Shown here piece after piece: positions 19,319 through 28,997 of a DNA stretch of 64,000 nucleotides. The notes below the pieces were generated by a model. The model saw only the letters and a program-made list of their open reading frames with translations, made no database searches and was not told where the DNA came from. The DNA comes from Candidatus Sericytochromatia bacterium. Lineage in GTDB: Bacteria; Cyanobacteriota; Sericytochromatia; S15B-MN24; JAQBPE01. How positions within the stretch are numbered: position 1 is the first letter of the stretch; each line of letters opens with the position of its first letter. Made by a program: the position numbers and the translations under genes. The stretch spans positions 30,407-94,406 of the forward strand of contig JBBAPZ010000003.1 in assembly GCA_040400605.1 (NCBI GenBank). The letters run 5' to 3'.

Positions 19319-19469
19319 AGGAACCATCCAATCATCAATTTCACCGATCGGACGCTGACGATCAGAACAATACGCAAGGGTTGGTAGACCGATGTCGGGT
19401 GTTACATGTGGCGTGGCCACAATGAATATTTAACGAACAATCAGTCAATCTGGTGGTTGGAGGAACCAT
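19319..19469. mobile_element. MITE-like element, copy B (133 bp, 19328-19460) with 9-bp target-site duplication
   Basis: AGGAACCAT flanks both sides; imperfect ~23-bp terminal inverted repeats CCAATCATCAATTTCACCGATCG / CAATCAGTCAATCTGGTGGTTGG. Confidence 0.75.
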
Positions 19470-19825
19470 AAGCGAAACAACAACTATACAGTTACTGGGA
19501 TACATCGGTTTCTATTCAACGATTGTGTATCAAGCGCAAAACCTGAGGCACTGACGTGCTGTAATAAAATAACCGGCAAAGTCCGATCACCAGTCGGCGC
19601 TTTTCCACGTAGACGAAGACACAAGGGTAACGAGATTGAATCAGGTGCAACTGGCGGCGGTGCGGCAACGAAAATTTGGTGGGGCCGCTCCAGTTTCGCG
19701 GATTGCGGGAAGCGCGCCAATTTTCACTCCATCACAACGAAACATTATGGCCGTGTGCGCAACATTAGGTTTGTTTACCGGGGCTACAGACTTGGCGCGC
19801 GAGCCCATAAGCACGGTGCGTGCAG

Positions 19826-20371
19826 TTAATCCGGATTAATGTACCAGCGGGAGAGGAAACGCTGGCGCATTTTTGCGACTTTGGGTGCAACGACGGCCGC
19901 ACAGTAGGCTTGTTCCGGGTTGTGGGCAAAGTAGTTTTGATGATAGGGTTCGGCAGGGTAGTAGGGACCGGCAGTTTCCAGGGTGGTGACGATGGGGTTG
20001 GCGAAAGTCTGGGCGCTTGTCAGTTCGGCGATGACGCTTTTGGCGATCGCCAGTTGGTCATCGTCTTGAATGAAAATGCTCGAGCGATACTGTGGGCCGA
20101 TGTCGTTACCTTGGCGATTAAGCGTGGTGGGGTCGTGGAGCGCGAAAAAGATTCCAAGCAGGTCACGGTAGCTGATCCGCGAAGCGTCGTAGCTAATCTT
20201 GACGACCTCCGCATGGCCCGTGGTGCCTTGACACACCGCCCGGTAACCCGGGTTTTGCACCTGTCCACCGGTATAGCCACATTCGACGCCGGTGACCCCT
20301 TGAATCTGGCGAAAAACCGCATCAAGACACCAAAAACAGCCACCGCCAAGAATCGCTGGGGATGTCGGCAT
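19826..20371 (-). CDS. msrA: Peptide-methionine (S)-S-oxide reductase
   Basis: GGCFWC, GYTGG, GHAEVV, HDPTTLNRQGNDIGPQYRS, AEPYHQNY. Confidence 0.95.
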   Translation of the reverse strand: MPTSPAILGGGCFWCLDAVFRQIQGVTGVECGYTGGQVQNPGYRAVCQGTTGHAEVVKISYDASRISYRDLLGIFFALHDPTTLNRQGNDIGPQYRSSIFIQDDDQLAIAKSVIAELTSAQTFANPIVTTLETAGPYYPAEPYHQNYFAHNPEQAYCAAVVAPKVAKMRQRFLSRWYINPD

Positions 20372-20817
20372 GGTCGGGCTCCTTTACGTGATGACAACAC
20401 TTGGTGACTGCTTACCGACCATTATACGCCTGTCCGACACCTCATCAAAGTCAGACAATGCTTGAAACAGCCTTTGGAAGCCTGTTTCAGGGCAACTTGC
20501 TCACAAACTGGTTCGGATTGTTTTGCGGATCGATATCCTTTATTTTCCAAACCATGAATTGGTTTCCAGGGTTTTTTGCCGCGCACTGCGCAATGCCCGT
20601 TATACCTGCTCTGAACACCGTGCACACAGTCGAATCGTTATCATAACCGCGTTTCAAAGACGACAGTGAACAATTTGTCCGCAACCCGGGACGAATTGCC
20701 CGTGCGCCCCGAGCATTGGTTGTTAACCACCTCAACTTCAAGCGCCCCAATCACACGTGTCGCTATCACCAAAACCGCGAGACACTGTGCCCCAGGCCCG
20801 ATGTGGCAACCGATGGA

Positions 20818-21447
20818 TCAATTGGCTGGGCTGGCCGTGGGGGTCGGGGTCGGAATCACGATGATAATCACGGGAGACGGCACAGGGGTTGGCACGACCA
20901 CCGTGATCTCCGGTTCCGGCACCGGCATCATGAAAACCTGAGGGCCCGCCATCGCATATGCATAGGGCGTTCCGAAGCCGTTGAGCGGCCACGCCTGATT
21001 CAGGGGCCAACTTTGGGCGAGCGGCCACACAGGCGATTGCCACGTCAATGGCGCAACGCCTGGTGGTACCGTGTAGGCACTCCCACCAGCTGTATACGGG
21101 CCCCAGTTTCCTGCGATGGGATTGGCCGCATAACCCATACCCGTAGCCGCAGCAAAACCATTCTGGATCGGAACCGGGTTGATCGCGAGAAACTGGCCTT
21201 GAGCCTTACCCCCAGCATCTTGAGCCACTGGATGGGGCGAAGCGGCGAATGGTCCTGCACCCGACGGAACGGGTGCCGGTTGGGGTGAAGGCAACGATTG
21301 GGATTCTGGAGGAACGCGAAAAGCAGCCTCGGGACTGGGGGCGGGGATCGCAATGGTGACTTGGAGGCAACCTGAGAGGGCGCCCACAGCGAACCACCCG
21401 AAAGCCAACCTGATCAGACCCGCTGATCGATGCATCGCAAATGCCAT
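20818..21447 (-). CDS. Pro-rich low-complexity lipoprotein
   Basis: SD GAAAGGAG; lipobox LSGC; WPL repeats and PTPTP tail. Confidence 0.6.
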   Translation of the reverse strand: MAFAMHRSAGLIRLAFGWFAVGALSGCLQVTIAIPAPSPEAAFRVPPESQSLPSPQPAPVPSGAGPFAASPHPVAQDAGGKAQGQFLAINPVPIQNGFAAATGMGYAANPIAGNWGPYTAGGSAYTVPPGVAPLTWQSPVWPLAQSWPLNQAWPLNGFGTPYAYAMAGPQVFMMPVPEPEITVVVPTPVPSPVIIIVIPTPTPTASPAN

Positions 21448-21677
21448 GCACGCTCCTTTCCGGCCTTGGCCCATACGCGTTGGCGACCAGCATACGATCG
21501 GCACCAGCGCCATGCACCGAGCAGCCGCAGCAATCAATGGCCATGTGCCATTCACCCCGGCCAAGCAGCCCGCCACCCGATGAATGCTTTTTTCTTAAAT
21601 CCGGGCAAGAAATATCTAAAACTTTCTATAAGGTTCGTGGAGTGTTGTTGGAACAGCCGGATGACCGGGGAGGGTAT

Positions 21678-22502
21678 ATGGGTTTGACAAGGTGGGGGCT
21701 GCTAAGGGTTGCGACCATTGGGCTGCTGATTGCGGGCTGTGGTCAGGGTGGCGTCGGTGGAACCAGTGTTCGTTCCAACGGTATTGAGGCCGCAGCGACG
21801 CGAACGCTGATGGACTCGTTTAACACGATTTATGCTGCGGCGTTCACGCGCTTGGATGCCAACCGGGATGGTGTCATCACAGAGTATGAGGCTGGCCCTT
21901 TCATTGACATCAAGGATATGGTCAAGGCGGATACGAACCGTAATGGCAGTTTGACGCAAAAGGAATTCATGAATTACGCCTTGCGCGGATCCTTCTTCGG
22001 TTGGATCCACATCGACAATGCGGGTGTCTACTTGGGCAAGTATGACAAAACCGTCTTTGCGGCGGCGCAACGGCGGGTGTTGATGAATGCGTTCAATCGG
22101 TTGGACATCAACAACGACAAATTACTCAAACCGAGCGAACTGACCGGAATGGCGATCACCAAAACCAAGCTGACGCTCTCCTTGATGGGCTTAAAAACCA
22201 CCGTGACAATTCGTGAATTCTATGAGGACCACTTTGAAAAGGCGGATCACACCAACGATGGCAGCTTGTCGCAAGCGGAGTTTGAAGACTACGCCATGCT
22301 CTCGTTTATTGAATTGATCAATCCCGGGTACGCCTCGTTGCCGTCGCCTGCACCAACCTGGAAGCCCACCTCAGCCCCGAGTTGGACACCAACCGCAGTC
22401 CCAACCTGGACACCGACATGGACGCCAACCCTGGTCCCCACTCTGGTACCTACCTTGATTCCAACCTGGCGGCCTGCCGCGGAGACCGACGAAACCATAT
22501 AA
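21678..22502 (+). CDS. EF-hand calcium-binding lipoprotein with PTW/PTL tandem-repeat tail
   Basis: Lipobox IAGC; four EF loops DANRDGVITEYE, DTNRNGSLTQKE, DINNDKLLKPSE, DHTNDGSLSQAE. Confidence 0.8.
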   Translation: MGLTRWGLLRVATIGLLIAGCGQGGVGGTSVRSNGIEAAATRTLMDSFNTIYAAAFTRLDANRDGVITEYEAGPFIDIKDMVKADTNRNGSLTQKEFMNYALRGSFFGWIHIDNAGVYLGKYDKTVFAAAQRRVLMNAFNRLDINNDKLLKPSELTGMAITKTKLTLSLMGLKTTVTIREFYEDHFEKADHTNDGSLSQAEFEDYAMLSFIELINPGYASLPSPAPTWKPTSAPSWTPTAVPTWTPTWTPTLVPTLVPTLIPTWRPAAETDETI

Positions 22503-23024
22503 ACCGTTCGTCGCTTGGCGAGCTTCACGGGCAACACATAACACTTCAAGCGCAGGGGTCCCACGTCGGGGCCCCTGCACCCGTTTATGGGCCTTCGACA
22601 GCTCGCGGAAAAAAGTCCCGAAAACCAAGTCATCGTCAGTGAGCAATAAAAAATATTCGACCCACAAAACAATCTGAGGCAGGTTGCAGGCAAGTTATGC
22701 TGAAATAGGCCTCCATACGATGTTTCAGGCACTTTGTTGTGAGGTGTCGAACGAACAGGATGATTTAGCTGTCACAATCCAGCGGACATTCTGCTTGTTC
22801 GCCCCCAGATAGCCACCGCCGTTGACACGCTTGCATCAGTTCGCTGAAGTCCGATCACGGCATCATTGCGATGTAAGCAAAGCAACCGGATGAAACACTT
22901 GGACCCATCGCGACTGGCGAATCCATCACCCCACCATTTGAACCAAGCAACAAGGGCAGACCGCACTCCCGCCTCGAACGCCTGGAGCAAGGCCTTCTTC
23001 GTTTTGCCTGGCATGGACGCACAA

Positions 23025-23060
23025 CAAACAAAAAGGGAATATGAATCACTCATATTCCCT
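23025..23060 (-). terminator. Intrinsic terminator of the 23133-23762 gene
   Basis: Minus strand AGGGAATATGA-GTGAT-TCATATTCCCT followed by TTTTGTTTG. Confidence 0.75.
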
Positions 23061-23132
23061 CAATGACCCTGATTATCCCTGAACGCATTGCAACCGTTGA
23101 TTGGAGAATTTCTCCAACCCCGTGTAGCGGGT

Positions 23133-23762
23133 TTAGAACAAATGCGTTCGCGTGCGGATCGGAGGCGCGGGATATTGCGTCTGCAAAATAGGATCCAACC
23201 CTACGACTGCGAAAGTATAACCCGTAAAACGCGACAATCCTTCGATGGTGACTTGGTGATTGCTCTGGGACTTGCCCACATACCGCGCCTGATTGTAACC
23301 TGCCCAACGCAGGAACAGCGAACGCCCAAAGTATACGGCGCCCCTCGTCTTGGCCGTCGTGTTCCACGCCAAAGTCACGGACGTTGCCGTCCGGTTGATC
23401 ACCCCAACAAAATTGGGACGCCAAGGATCCAAAATACTGGCACTCTCCACATCGCCAGCCATGTTTCGCGTGGTTCGACTAAACGTATCCAGATCCAGTG
23501 CCTCCGAAGCCTCGCCATCCGGCACAGGCGGCGCCCCTGCGATCGCAGGCCCATCTTCCGTCCCGACTACCTGAATGCCTTCAGCGGACGCAGCACTGAC
23601 CATCGTAATGACCGGTGCCTGCGATGCGACCGACACAGCCCCCTTACCCTGAACAGCAACACCGGACGCCGTCTCCTGGGGAACGGTCGGAACCGGGGAA
23701 TGACACGCCGCCACCGCCACCAATGGCAACAAACATCCGAACAGCAACACCTGTTGACGCAT
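23133..23762 (-). CDS. Lipoprotein with C-terminal FN3-like domain
   Basis: Lipobox VAAC; TATSVTLAW...HQVTIEGL...YTFAV. Confidence 0.7.
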   Translation of the reverse strand: MRQQVLLFGCLLPLVAVAACHSPVPTVPQETASGVAVQGKGAVSVASQAPVITMVSAASAEGIQVVGTEDGPAIAGAPPVPDGEASEALDLDTFSRTTRNMAGDVESASILDPWRPNFVGVINRTATSVTLAWNTTAKTRGAVYFGRSLFLRWAGYNQARYVGKSQSNHQVTIEGLSRFTGYTFAVVGLDPILQTQYPAPPIRTRTHLF

Positions 23763-23907
23763 GGACAAACCCTCCCTGTCCCAATTATGATAATCGATTT
23801 AAATCAAAATTAAAATACTTTGATTCAAAATTTAACCTTTAACAAGGTATTGCGGGATCAGCGCAGCGCGTCGTGCGAGGCTGAATTGGGTGGGAAGGCG
23901 ATGGGGG

Positions 23908-25458
23908 ATGGTTGTGTTTGAGCAAGCGTTGGCGAAGACGCCTCAGGTGCCTGAAGTTGGTGTTGTGACGGATGCGTTGGGGAGTTTGAGCGCGGATGTC
24001 CTGGTGATTGTGGTTCAGGAGGGTTGTCAGTCTGCGGAGGGGTTGCGGGCGGCTTTTGGTGAACACTTGGCGGCGGTTTTGGATACTGGGGATTTCAGGG
24101 GCAGGGCGTCTGAAATGTTGTGGGTGCATTTGCCTGATCAGGCGATCAAGCGGATTCTGTTGGTTGGTGCCGGTTCAGTGTCGCGGCGGGGTTTGGAGGC
24201 GTTGCGTCAGGCGGCGGGTTGTGCGGCGCGGTGTGTGCGTGACGCGGGTTTACAGCGGATGATTTTGGCGTGGCCGTCAAATTGGGTGTGGCCCAAAGGG
24301 GATCCGGGTGTTGAGGCGATCGCCCAGGCGTTGGCTGAGGGGGCCTTGTTGTCGGTGTATCGGTTGGATGGGTATCGCACCAAGTTGGATGAAGGATTGG
24401 ACCGTTTGGAGGGGGTGCTTGTTTGGTCCCTGCCTGAAAGCGAGCCGATGGTGGTGCTTGGGGTTGAGCGCGCGCGCGTTGTGGCCGAGAGTGTTGCGAT
24501 CGCCCGCACGCTGATTTTGCATCCCGGGGGGCATTTACCGCCGCTGCGTCTGGCATCGGAGGTGAGACGGCTCTGTGAGCCATTGGGCCTGATTGTGCGC
24601 GTGTTGGACCGCGAGGCATTGAAAGCTGGTGGTTACGGTGCAATTTTGGCTGTCGCGCAGGGTAGTCACGAGGAGCCGTGCCTGATCGAAATTGAGTACC
24701 AGGGCTCGAAGGAGGCAGCGCCCATCGCGCTAATCGGAAAAGGGATCACCTTCGATTCAGGTGGTATCGGCATCAAACCATCCAAGGGCATGGAGAAAAT
24801 GAAATATGACAAAGCAGGCGGTGCCGCCGTCATCGCAACCATCATCGCAGCCGCGCGGCTCGGCATACCCTGGCACATCGTGGGCGTGGTGGCGGCGGCC
24901 GAAAACATGCCATCAGAAACGGCGGCACGCCCGGGCGATGTCATCACCACGTTGAGTGGACTGACGGTGGAATTCAACGACACGGACGCCGAAGGGCGCA
25001 TGGTGCTGGCGGATGCCTTGACCCATGCGTTACGCCACTGGCAGCCTCAAGCGGTGATTGATGCAGCGACGCTGACAGGAACCGTGACCTATGCCCTTGG
25101 TCGGGACATCATGGGCGTGATGGGCAATCACGAGGAATTGACGCAACGCATCCTCGAAGCAGGGGAGCGGGGGGGCGATCGCGGCTGGCCCCTGCCGCTG
25201 GATGACACCTTTGATGACATGCTCAAATCAGAGGTCGCCGACCTCCTCAATTACCCCGGCAGCGCCGCCAGTTGCATCACCGCGGGCAGCTTTTTAAAAC
25301 AATTCATCAACAACACCCCTTGGGTACACCTCGACATCGCAGGCGTCGCCTGGGCACCCAACGATAGCCCCCATCGCCCCAAAGGACCAACCGGTGCCCC
25401 CATTCGCATGCTGCTTGAACTTCTGCGACGCTGGGGTCCCCTCGCGCCAACCCACTGA
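23908..25458 (+). CDS. pepA: Leucyl aminopeptidase (M17)
   Basis: GKGITFDSGG, MKYDKAG, DTDAEGRMVLAD, ATLTG, WVHLDIAG. Confidence 0.93.
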   Translation: MVVFEQALAKTPQVPEVGVVTDALGSLSADVLVIVVQEGCQSAEGLRAAFGEHLAAVLDTGDFRGRASEMLWVHLPDQAIKRILLVGAGSVSRRGLEALRQAAGCAARCVRDAGLQRMILAWPSNWVWPKGDPGVEAIAQALAEGALLSVYRLDGYRTKLDEGLDRLEGVLVWSLPESEPMVVLGVERARVVAESVAIARTLILHPGGHLPPLRLASEVRRLCEPLGLIVRVLDREALKAGGYGAILAVAQGSHEEPCLIEIEYQGSKEAAPIALIGKGITFDSGGIGIKPSKGMEKMKYDKAGGAAVIATIIAAARLGIPWHIVGVVAAAENMPSETAARPGDVITTLSGLTVEFNDTDAEGRMVLADALTHALRHWQPQAVIDAATLTGTVTYALGRDIMGVMGNHEELTQRILEAGERGGDRGWPLPLDDTFDDMLKSEVADLLNYPGSAASCITAGSFLKQFINNTPWVHLDIAGVAWAPNDSPHRPKGPTGAPIRMLLELLRRWGPLAPTH

Positions 25459-25716
25459 AACCCAGGCGCACCGAACATCGTAGAAGCACAGAAAAACCAA
25501 TGAAAAAACACCTCATGCACCATTTTTGACAACAACGCTTGGCGCCCTCAAACATCGCGACAACCCGTCACAGCGATTCTGACAACGAATACATCACTGC
25601 ATGATGCCATTCGGCCAATAATTGTAAATTTTTGTAAACGAATTATGCTCTGTGATGAGGGTGCTCGAGGCGGTGTGCGTGGCAAGGCACCCTTGTCATG
25701 GAAAGGGGGAGTTCGT

Positions 25717-26232
25717 ATGCAAGGTTCTCGGTATCTGATGGGGGCTTTGATGGCCGTTTTGTTGACGGGGATGGCCGGGTGCAATCGGGTTGAGACCCAG
25801 GTACCGCGGGCGGGGGGATCGGAACTGACGCCTCAGCAGGCAGTGATTGGCGGTCGCCAGTTAATGGTTGGTTCTGAAGCCTTGTCTGTGGAGCAAATCG
25901 AAGCGCGTTTGCCTGCATCTATGACGATGGCGGAGGCGGCCAAGGTTTTGGTGCGCATTGATGCGAGCAAGGTCGTGGAGACCCGCTTGCCGTTTGAGCT
26001 TCAGTCTTGGGGGCCCCGAATCTTTACTTGGGGATTTTACCCGGGTTTTCGCAGTCTGTTCCGGAATGCGTTGTATTACCCCTTCGGTAATCACTATTTT
26101 CCTTACATCGCGGATGGAACGGCTTACACGCGCGTCTTCACACCTTCCGACTATGGTGGATTCTATCCGTTCATGTTCCGTTATGGCAGTGAGTTGATGC
26201 CGATTTGGTATACCCGGCGTTTCACCCTGTAG
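25717..26232 (+). CDS. Lipoprotein with Tyr/Phe-rich tail; paralog of 28998-29861
   Basis: Lipobox MAGC; N-domain aligns by eye with the 28998 gene; YYPF tail. Confidence 0.75.
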   Translation: MQGSRYLMGALMAVLLTGMAGCNRVETQVPRAGGSELTPQQAVIGGRQLMVGSEALSVEQIEARLPASMTMAEAAKVLVRIDASKVVETRLPFELQSWGPRIFTWGFYPGFRSLFRNALYYPFGNHYFPYIADGTAYTRVFTPSDYGGFYPFMFRYGSELMPIWYTRRFTL

Positions 26233-26246
26233 TGTCAACGTGACGT

Positions 26247-26289
26247 GGCGGATTGCGCGGTGAGTTGCGGCGGCGCGCAATCCGCCTTT
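26247..26289. terminator. Hairpin between convergent genes
   Basis: GGCGGATTGCGCG...CGCGCAATCCGCC followed by TTT. Confidence 0.6.
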
Positions 26290-26323
26290 GACTCGCGTCA
26301 GGGTGCAAGCGGAGAATCAAAGG

Positions 26324-27769
26324 TCATTCACGATAGCGGATGGTCAAGGTGAGTCTGTTTTGACCGTGGGCGTCAACTGGGACGTCAAAGCTCAATGCTT
26401 GTCCGTCCTGCGGGTTGGGGGGGTGGCTGCTTGTTTCCAGCGTCCAGTCACCGTAAAGGTGCTCCACGACGCGAACGATCGCAGCGGTGTCGCTCGCGTT
26501 GCCGAGAAGGACCTGTATGGTTTCCGTCCGTTGTTTGGTGTCAAGCCGCTGAATCCGGTTAACGCTTCGCTTGCCGCGAAGATCAAAGGACCAGCCCTGG
26601 TGCAGGCGAATCGGTTGTTCGACGGGGATATGTGCAAGCGTGTCATCACCGAGCCATTGGCGCTTTGTGTGGTCTTCCGCTCCTTCCAAGTGCACGGTTC
26701 CGGCGGGCAATGGCCAACCGAGGCCATCTTCGCGGGTGTTGCGTCCGTGCCACTGAATCTCAACCGGAGATTCTTGATCCCCAATGCGTTGCGAATCCAA
26801 AAGGTAAAGGCGTTTAAGATGGACGGCGGGAAACTCGGCCAAGCTGACCTGCTGCAGGTGCCGCTGCACCAAGTCCGCCGGTTTTGACAGTTCAAAGCGC
26901 TGATAACCCATCGTCGGCGCGACGCTTACGAGCGTATCTCCGCGTGCCATTGGTGCCGGAGCGGTTTCAAGCATCGGTTGAACGGCGCTACGGGGCGTTC
27001 CCGCGATGAGGGTCAAACGGGTGTTTAAAAAGTCAATTCCGGCCTCGTTGCGAAGGTTTACCAAAACTCGCCAAAACGCAGTGCCTTCGGGGGCCACGCG
27101 AACGACGTGTTCGCATTGCCATCCAATGCGCTGCGTTAGATAACTGAGTTTGAACGGATTTGTTCCGGGGTTCACGCCATCGAGGGTCCAACTCAGTGTG
27201 CTGCGCCCGACGAGGTGGCTGGGCAAGTTCGGTAAGACAACCTGTCCCGGCGGTTTCAGCAAAATTTTGCCATCAAGGCTGAAAATGCCGTCGCCTTGGC
27301 TTGCGATCAAGGTCGGGCGCAGAATCAAGGGCAGGCTCCCCGCAACAGGGGGAACGTGAATCTCGACCTGCTCGCCCACAAATGCCTCAAGAAGGGCTTG
27401 ATGCGTGATGTCAGGTGGAATGTACGTTTGGGTTTGGATGCGCCAGGGTTCTTGATTTCCAGTCACGACAAGTTGTTGACTGCCCGGGACCAACGTTGTT
27501 GGCAAGTCTTGCACCCACAGGCGTCGGGTCGCTTGGTTTGATGCGGGCACGATGACTTGGCGTTCTTCTTCGATGAGCGCCAAGTCGTTTTGATACAGAA
27601 CCATGCTCGCACCCACGTTGGGCACACGTCGCGAGATGAGCGGCGAGAGCGGCTGTGCCGCATCAGGGCCGAAGCCTTGAAAGCCGCTGGGCGCTTGGGT
27701 AAAACCAGGCGCAACGCATGCGCTTAAGAGCATTGCCCCACACAAACATACCCAACGCTGGCGCATCAC
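26324..27769 (-). CDS. DUF4139/DUF4140-like lipoprotein
   Basis: Lipobox LSAC; LYQNDLALIEE, LSYLT..IGW, NEAGIDF, GLGWPLPAG. Confidence 0.75.
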   Translation of the reverse strand: MMRQRWVCLCGAMLLSACVAPGFTQAPSGFQGFGPDAAQPLSPLISRRVPNVGASMVLYQNDLALIEEERQVIVPASNQATRRLWVQDLPTTLVPGSQQLVVTGNQEPWRIQTQTYIPPDITHQALLEAFVGEQVEIHVPPVAGSLPLILRPTLIASQGDGIFSLDGKILLKPPGQVVLPNLPSHLVGRSTLSWTLDGVNPGTNPFKLSYLTQRIGWQCEHVVRVAPEGTAFWRVLVNLRNEAGIDFLNTRLTLIAGTPRSAVQPMLETAPAPMARGDTLVSVAPTMGYQRFELSKPADLVQRHLQQVSLAEFPAVHLKRLYLLDSQRIGDQESPVEIQWHGRNTREDGLGWPLPAGTVHLEGAEDHTKRQWLGDDTLAHIPVEQPIRLHQGWSFDLRGKRSVNRIQRLDTKQRTETIQVLLGNASDTAAIVRVVEHLYGDWTLETSSHPPNPQDGQALSFDVPVDAHGQNRLTLTIRYRE

Positions 27770-27901
27770 AACACCCCCTTGTCATCAAGGCGCCAGTGTA
27801 GAGCCCCCTTTGGCAATGACCAACGAACGGGCGAGTCAGCAGGTTGAGTCAAACCGTCGTTTAGGGGTGAGTGCCGTGCAAGTCGGCCGCGCTGATTGCC
27901 A

Positions 27902-28444
27902 TCAGGAAGGTTGGTTCAAACTGTGCGGGATCGGGGCATCCTGCGCTTCAGGGGTCAAAATCCAGGCATGGTAGCTATCAAACAAAAGCAGAAATGAACC
28001 TTGGGTCATCACGCCGACGCCGTGACCAAAACGGGCGGGTTGCCGCGCCAAAAACGCCCCACCGGCGATGTAGGCGACATCGAGTCCGGCGTTGATCCAC
28101 AAGGTGCGAATCAGATTCGAACGCTCCTCGTGCGCATCCAACGGACGATCGCGTTTACGCGCGATTTCCTGAAGCCCCCACCATGCAATCGCCCCATCAA
28201 TCGCCCCCCACACCACATTTTGCACACCGAAATCACGGACCCAGGCAACCGGAGAAAACAGCATCACAGCCCCCGTGCCCACCGACAAAGCACCAAAAGC
28301 CAGCAAGCGTTCACTGATAACCGTCTCTTCCGCCAGAATCGCCTGCGCCGAGTGCTGCATGGCCTCTGCCGGATCACTCGCGAACGTCCACGGACCCAAC
28401 AAACCCCACGCAAGCTGGAAATAAAAAGCAAGCTTTTTGGTCAT
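27902..28444 (-). CDS. Hypothetical membrane protein
   Basis: Several TM segments; WGAIDGAIA, NAGLDVAYI, QGSFLLLFD. Confidence 0.7.
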   Translation of the reverse strand: MTKKLAFYFQLAWGLLGPWTFASDPAEAMQHSAQAILAEETVISERLLAFGALSVGTGAVMLFSPVAWVRDFGVQNVVWGAIDGAIAWWGLQEIARKRDRPLDAHEERSNLIRTLWINAGLDVAYIAGGAFLARQPARFGHGVGVMTQGSFLLLFDSYHAWILTPEAQDAPIPHSLNQPS

Positions 28445-28997
28445 CGTGGTTCCTCACAAGTGGGTGGGGTGGATAATGGATCGATGACAAACACTGCGAT
28501 GACCGCCTCCACATGCCAGGCAGCCGACGCGCGGTTTGATTCAAAGGTCAGTGCCAAATCAGGTTCCAACCTTCGATTGCGTCAGATTCAACGGGATGGC
28601 AAGCCGTTAGCGCATTCACCCGCAACTCGCGCAAACGGGTCCGATGCCGCGCTCAACCAGACTTCATTGCCACTGATAGCCAAAACGCCTGAGTGCATCA
28701 CTTCCAGTGTATCAGAGACCGATGGGCAGACAAAAGCCCCGCTTCAAAATGCGGCAAAACGGCGGTTTGGCTTGTTCAACGTTCAAGATGTCTCTGGCCG
28801 AGCGATCGCCAATCAACCCAAGCCCACCCGATACCCTTGCAACCGACCCTGGTGCCACAACGCATAAACGCGACAAGGCAGGTGGGGGAGTGTTGTGTCT
28901 GCGCTCGGGTTTGGTTACTGTCGCAGCGGGTTGGATAAAATCCATTGGTGCTTTGGGCATGGCTCACTGCTTGCCGTGCCGGAAAGGATGGCGTGTG

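Noticed and set aside
19530..19600. c-di-GMP-I riboswitch (GCGCAAAACC...)
   Set aside because: The upstream GGCAAAC/GAAA stem is absent
22772..23053. 93-aa minus-strand ORF
   Set aside because: Its apparent SD and ATG lie inside the terminator hairpin; no recognisable features
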